From Promethearchaeota archaeon (lineage in GTDB: Archaea; Asgardarchaeota; Lokiarchaeia; Sigyniarchaeales; SOKP01): a stretch of DNA of 18,627 nucleotides. The stretch covers positions 39,294-57,920 of the forward strand of contig JAHPZI010000016.1 in assembly GCA_019058295.1 (NCBI GenBank), given 5' to 3'. The first letter of the stretch is position 1. The number at the start of each line of letters is the position of its first letter. Of the stretch, positions 16,022 through 18,627 are shown in pieces. The translations under genes were made by a program, and so were the position numbers. Under the pieces are notes generated by a model. That model was not told the DNA's origin. It worked only from the letters and a program-made list of their open reading frames with translations, and made no database searches.

Positions 16022-18370
16022 TTAATGTAATAATTGAGCATCACTTGGGCGATATTCTCCAGAACCATTAATTTCATAAGAAATCTCAATTCTCTTTCCT
16101 TCTTCCAATTCTTCAATCGACCACTTTAACGTGTCAGATCCTTTTTCATCTGTTATTTCAGGTTCTAAAGAAAACTCACCATATTCAAAATTATCTGGTA
16201 CTTTATCTAAAATTGTATAATCTTTTAATGGCATGTTGCCAAGATTTTCATATTCAATTACAATTTGATAGCTTCCAAGGGCTCCAATAGGAGTAATTTT
16301 CTTTCCCAATCTGTATTTTCGACGCACATGAACAACTTTAATAATTGGAATTTCCTCTGGTTCAGGTATATACTCTAATTCTTGACCCAATGGATAGGTA
16401 TTTCCATTATATATGACATCTGTAACGAATTCAGAATCTTTTGGAGGATTATCAGCATGGATGGGATATTTGACCTCAATTACCGAATCGGGTTCCAACA
16501 TTCCTATAGGTGAATCCTTTAAATCTGATAAAATAACTTGAACAGAATTGTCATCAATGATAATTTTTTCTGGATCTACATCAATCGGTTTACCATCTTT
16601 AAGTACTTCAACTTCGTCAGGTTCAGGTGGTCGGAATTTATCATCGAAGCGCTTTTGCGTGATTTTTACCTCATTTATTGGGGCACTCCCGTCATTAACA
16701 TATTTCAAAGTATATGGAATATCGCTGTTTTTGTATGATGGCAATAATATAACACCTTCTTCTTCCGTCGGTATTTCAACTTCAGGTTCTTCAATTATTA
16801 CTTCTCCAGTAATACTAGCCAAGACGAGTTCTACATCTTCAATAGCAATAGTACCATTTACATCTGCTTCTATTTCTGAAAATACTCTAAAATATATTTC
16901 TTTTTGAAATGTTGGATAATCATCACTGTAATATTGCCATGAATCTGAATTCCATTGAGCTCCTGCGGGTAATTTAGGACTTATTTCGCCTAAATCTATA
17001 AAATTCTTATCAGGCTCATAAGAAGTATGTATATCTATCTTAAATAAGTCAATCTTAAATTCAGAGGGATTCTCAAAAACTAACCGACAATCCCAGACTC
17101 CAGGTTCTTCATCCCTTTCAACTATATCAATATAATGCTTGTTGTTTGTAAGTCCATCAAAACTCTCGATTTCTAAACCTCCTGTAAAAGAAGAGGATCC
17201 TTTATAGGAAACTTTAATAGTTCCTGTTTTTACTGAATCCTTAGTATCAACTAAAACATCAGCTGTGAATTTAATTAATGCTGTAACTTCAGGATCCAAC
17301 TCTGGAATTGTCCATTTAATTTGACCTTCCTCTAATTCAGCTTCTCCTATTGTTACATCAATAATTTTAATATTTTCAAACTTTTCAGAAATATTCTTTG
17401 TTACTAATATATCACTAATTTCTCTTTCAAATAGACTGTACATACCAATCGCGAAATAAACAGTATTTACTTTATTAATAGAAATTCCAAAAGATTCAAG
17501 TCCATATTCTGCAGCAACATCATATTCTTCATCTTCTTCTTCACTTACCTCTGTCTCTTTTATTAGTTCTATAATTTCGGCTTTTTTAGCACCAGATGGA
17601 ATTTCAATATCATTTTCTTCACAATACTCCTTTAATTCTACAACTGTCCACGAATCATAATCTATTTCCTCTTCTTCCTCAATTTCTTCTTCTACTTCCT
17701 CTTCTAACTCTTCCTCCTCTTCTTCTAGTTCTTCTTCAATCTCTTCTTCTACATCCCCTTCCTCTTCTTCTATTTCTTCTTCTATTTCTTCTTCTATTTC
17801 CTCTTCTAATTCTTCTTCCTCTTCTTCAAGTTCTTCTTCAATCTCCTCTTCTACATCCCCTTCCTCCTCTTCAATCTCTTCTTCTTCCTCTTCTAATTCA
17901 ATAGTTTCTGCTTCTACTCCAATAGCCTCATCTTTTAGCTTTATTAAATCAGATTCAATATCTTTAAGATTCAAAATATTATTTGCATCTGGCATTGTGT
18001 TTATATACTCTTTAACAAAAAGTAGGTTTTGAGCTTCTCCTGTAATTTGAAAATCTCGAGAGTCAACATTATCTTCATCTGTAATGCCCAACTCTTGAAC
18101 CTTTATTTCATTGGATTCCAAATTAACACCTTCAATATCCGTAAGAATAAGGTTAATATCCCATAATCGATCTATTGAACTTGGATTCTCTACATTCAAT
18201 TTCCCGTTAAAACCAATAGCTTTTATATTTGCGTTATGATCTTGCTCAACATTAACTGCTTCATCGATTCTTAATAAAGCGGATAATCCTTCTGTATAGC
18301 CCTCTTTTAATACGATTTCTCCAGTTATCTCACCAATTTCTTCTTCATCTTTTTTATTTTTACGTGCCAT
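16022..18370 (-). CDS. Large acidic beta-sandwich protein: mu-homology-like N-terminal half with inserted poly-Glu tract and SAP/HeH-like module; Ig/DUF11-like C-terminal domains
   Basis: 782-aa ORF with AAGTGA 6 nt upstream and no signal peptide or TM segment. WTVVELKEYCEENDIEIPSGAKKAEIIELI is helix-extension-helix-like; YEN.G..PL....ILDKVP..F...LKWSIEELEEGK...ISY is DUF11-like. Domain assignments are by eye. Confidence 0.75.
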   Translation of the reverse strand: MARKNKKDEEEIGEITGEIVLKEGYTEGLSALLRIDEAVNVEQDHNANIKAIGFNGKLNVENPSSIDRLWDINLILTDIEGVNLESNEIKVQELGITDEDNVDSRDFQITGEAQNLLFVKEYINTMPDANNILNLKDIESDLIKLKDEAIGVEAETIELEEEEEEIEEEEGDVEEEIEEELEEEEEELEEEIEEEIEEEIEEEEGDVEEEIEEELEEEEEELEEEVEEEIEEEEEIDYDSWTVVELKEYCEENDIEIPSGAKKAEIIELIKETEVSEEEDEEYDVAAEYGLESFGISINKVNTVYFAIGMYSLFEREISDILVTKNISEKFENIKIIDVTIGEAELEEGQIKWTIPELDPEVTALIKFTADVLVDTKDSVKTGTIKVSYKGSSSFTGGLEIESFDGLTNNKHYIDIVERDEEPGVWDCRLVFENPSEFKIDLFKIDIHTSYEPDKNFIDLGEISPKLPAGAQWNSDSWQYYSDDYPTFQKEIYFRVFSEIEADVNGTIAIEDVELVLASITGEVIIEEPEVEIPTEEEGVILLPSYKNSDIPYTLKYVNDGSAPINEVKITQKRFDDKFRPPEPDEVEVLKDGKPIDVDPEKIIIDDNSVQVILSDLKDSPIGMLEPDSVIEVKYPIHADNPPKDSEFVTDVIYNGNTYPLGQELEYIPEPEEIPIIKVVHVRRKYRLGKKITPIGALGSYQIVIEYENLGNMPLKDYTILDKVPDNFEYGEFSLEPEITDEKGSDTLKWSIEELEEGKRIEISYEINGSGEYRPSDAQLLH
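17666..17899 (-). repeat. Glu-codon low-complexity tract containing a 102-bp tandem duplication
   Basis: acatcccc at 17751 and 17853; protein unit GDVEEEIEEELEEEEEELEEE(I/V)EEEIEEE occurs twice (34-aa period). Confidence 0.92.
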
Positions 18371-18560
18371 TTTTATTCACTTAACTTTTTTTTTGTGATT
18401 TAATTTTATTTTTTGAATTTATGTAAAGATAAATTAATATTTATATCTATTTTGTATAGATCATTATAAATACATTTTTAAGACTAATTTAAAAAAAAAA
18501 GTAAATATTGTTATTGTTATAAATTTTTATTTTTCTGTATCATCCGTTAATTCTTTCTTA

Positions 18561-18627
18561 TTATTTCGGCGATTCTTTGGCGGGTTTTTTAATTTTTTTC
18601 TCAGTGGGTTTTTTAACTTTTTTTTCC
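18561..18627 (-). CDS. 3' end of an upstream gene with a Lys-rich repetitive tail (partial); not in the ORF track
   Basis: The minus strand reads ...EKKVKKPTEKKIKKPAKESPK followed by TAA TAA, with a 24-bp (8-aa) repeat. Confidence 0.55.
   Translation of the reverse strand, partial: EKKVKKPTEKKIKKPAKESPK

Noticed and set aside
1458-16907. Remaining short ORFs overlapping larger genes (e.g. 1458..1697, 2812..3021, 8751..9017, 13245..13511, 16548..16907)
   Set aside because: They are antisense shadows of well-supported CDSs with no motifs of their own.
17596-17904. Leu-rich 102-aa ORF on the + strand
   Set aside because: It is the antisense read of GAA/GAG codons in the Glu tract.
16022-18370. 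S-layer or secreted surface protein
   Set aside because: Despite DUF11-like segments there is no signal peptide or membrane anchor; the N-terminus is charged (MARKNKKDEEE).

Overview
AT-rich (~30% GC by eye) archaeal chromosomal window, most consistent with an Asgard archaeon of the Lokiarchaeia type. This is inferred from the gene repertoire (stand-alone XPF/ERCC4 nuclease, AroA'-type aldolase, V4R protein, acidic beta-sandwich protein), T-tract terminators and AGGTG/GGAGTGA-type ribosome-binding sites. It holds 16 complete CDSs and two partial CDSs at the edges that the ORF track misses. At the left edge is a GC-rich secreted Kelch-repeat gene built from exact 219-bp units with variable loops; at the right edge is a Lys-rich C-terminal tail. 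Housekeeping genes include nadB, an AroA'/DhnA aldolase, a 3-hydroxyacyl-CoA dehydrogenase with an enoyl-CoA hydratase, a GNAT acetyltransferase and an M50-CBS protease. The most notable signals are: (1) a 782-aa cytosolic protein resembling a mu-homology (delta-COP/muniscin-like) domain, interrupted by a poly-Glu tract and a SAP/HeH-like module and followed by Ig-like sandwiches; (2) a co-oriented cluster of two LMW phosphatases with the YwlE-type Thr, a degenerate macrodomain and a V4R protein; (3) probable ATT start codons; (4) a DnaJ-type zinc knuckle inserted in a crotonase tail. No rRNA, tRNA, CRISPR or mobile element was recognised.
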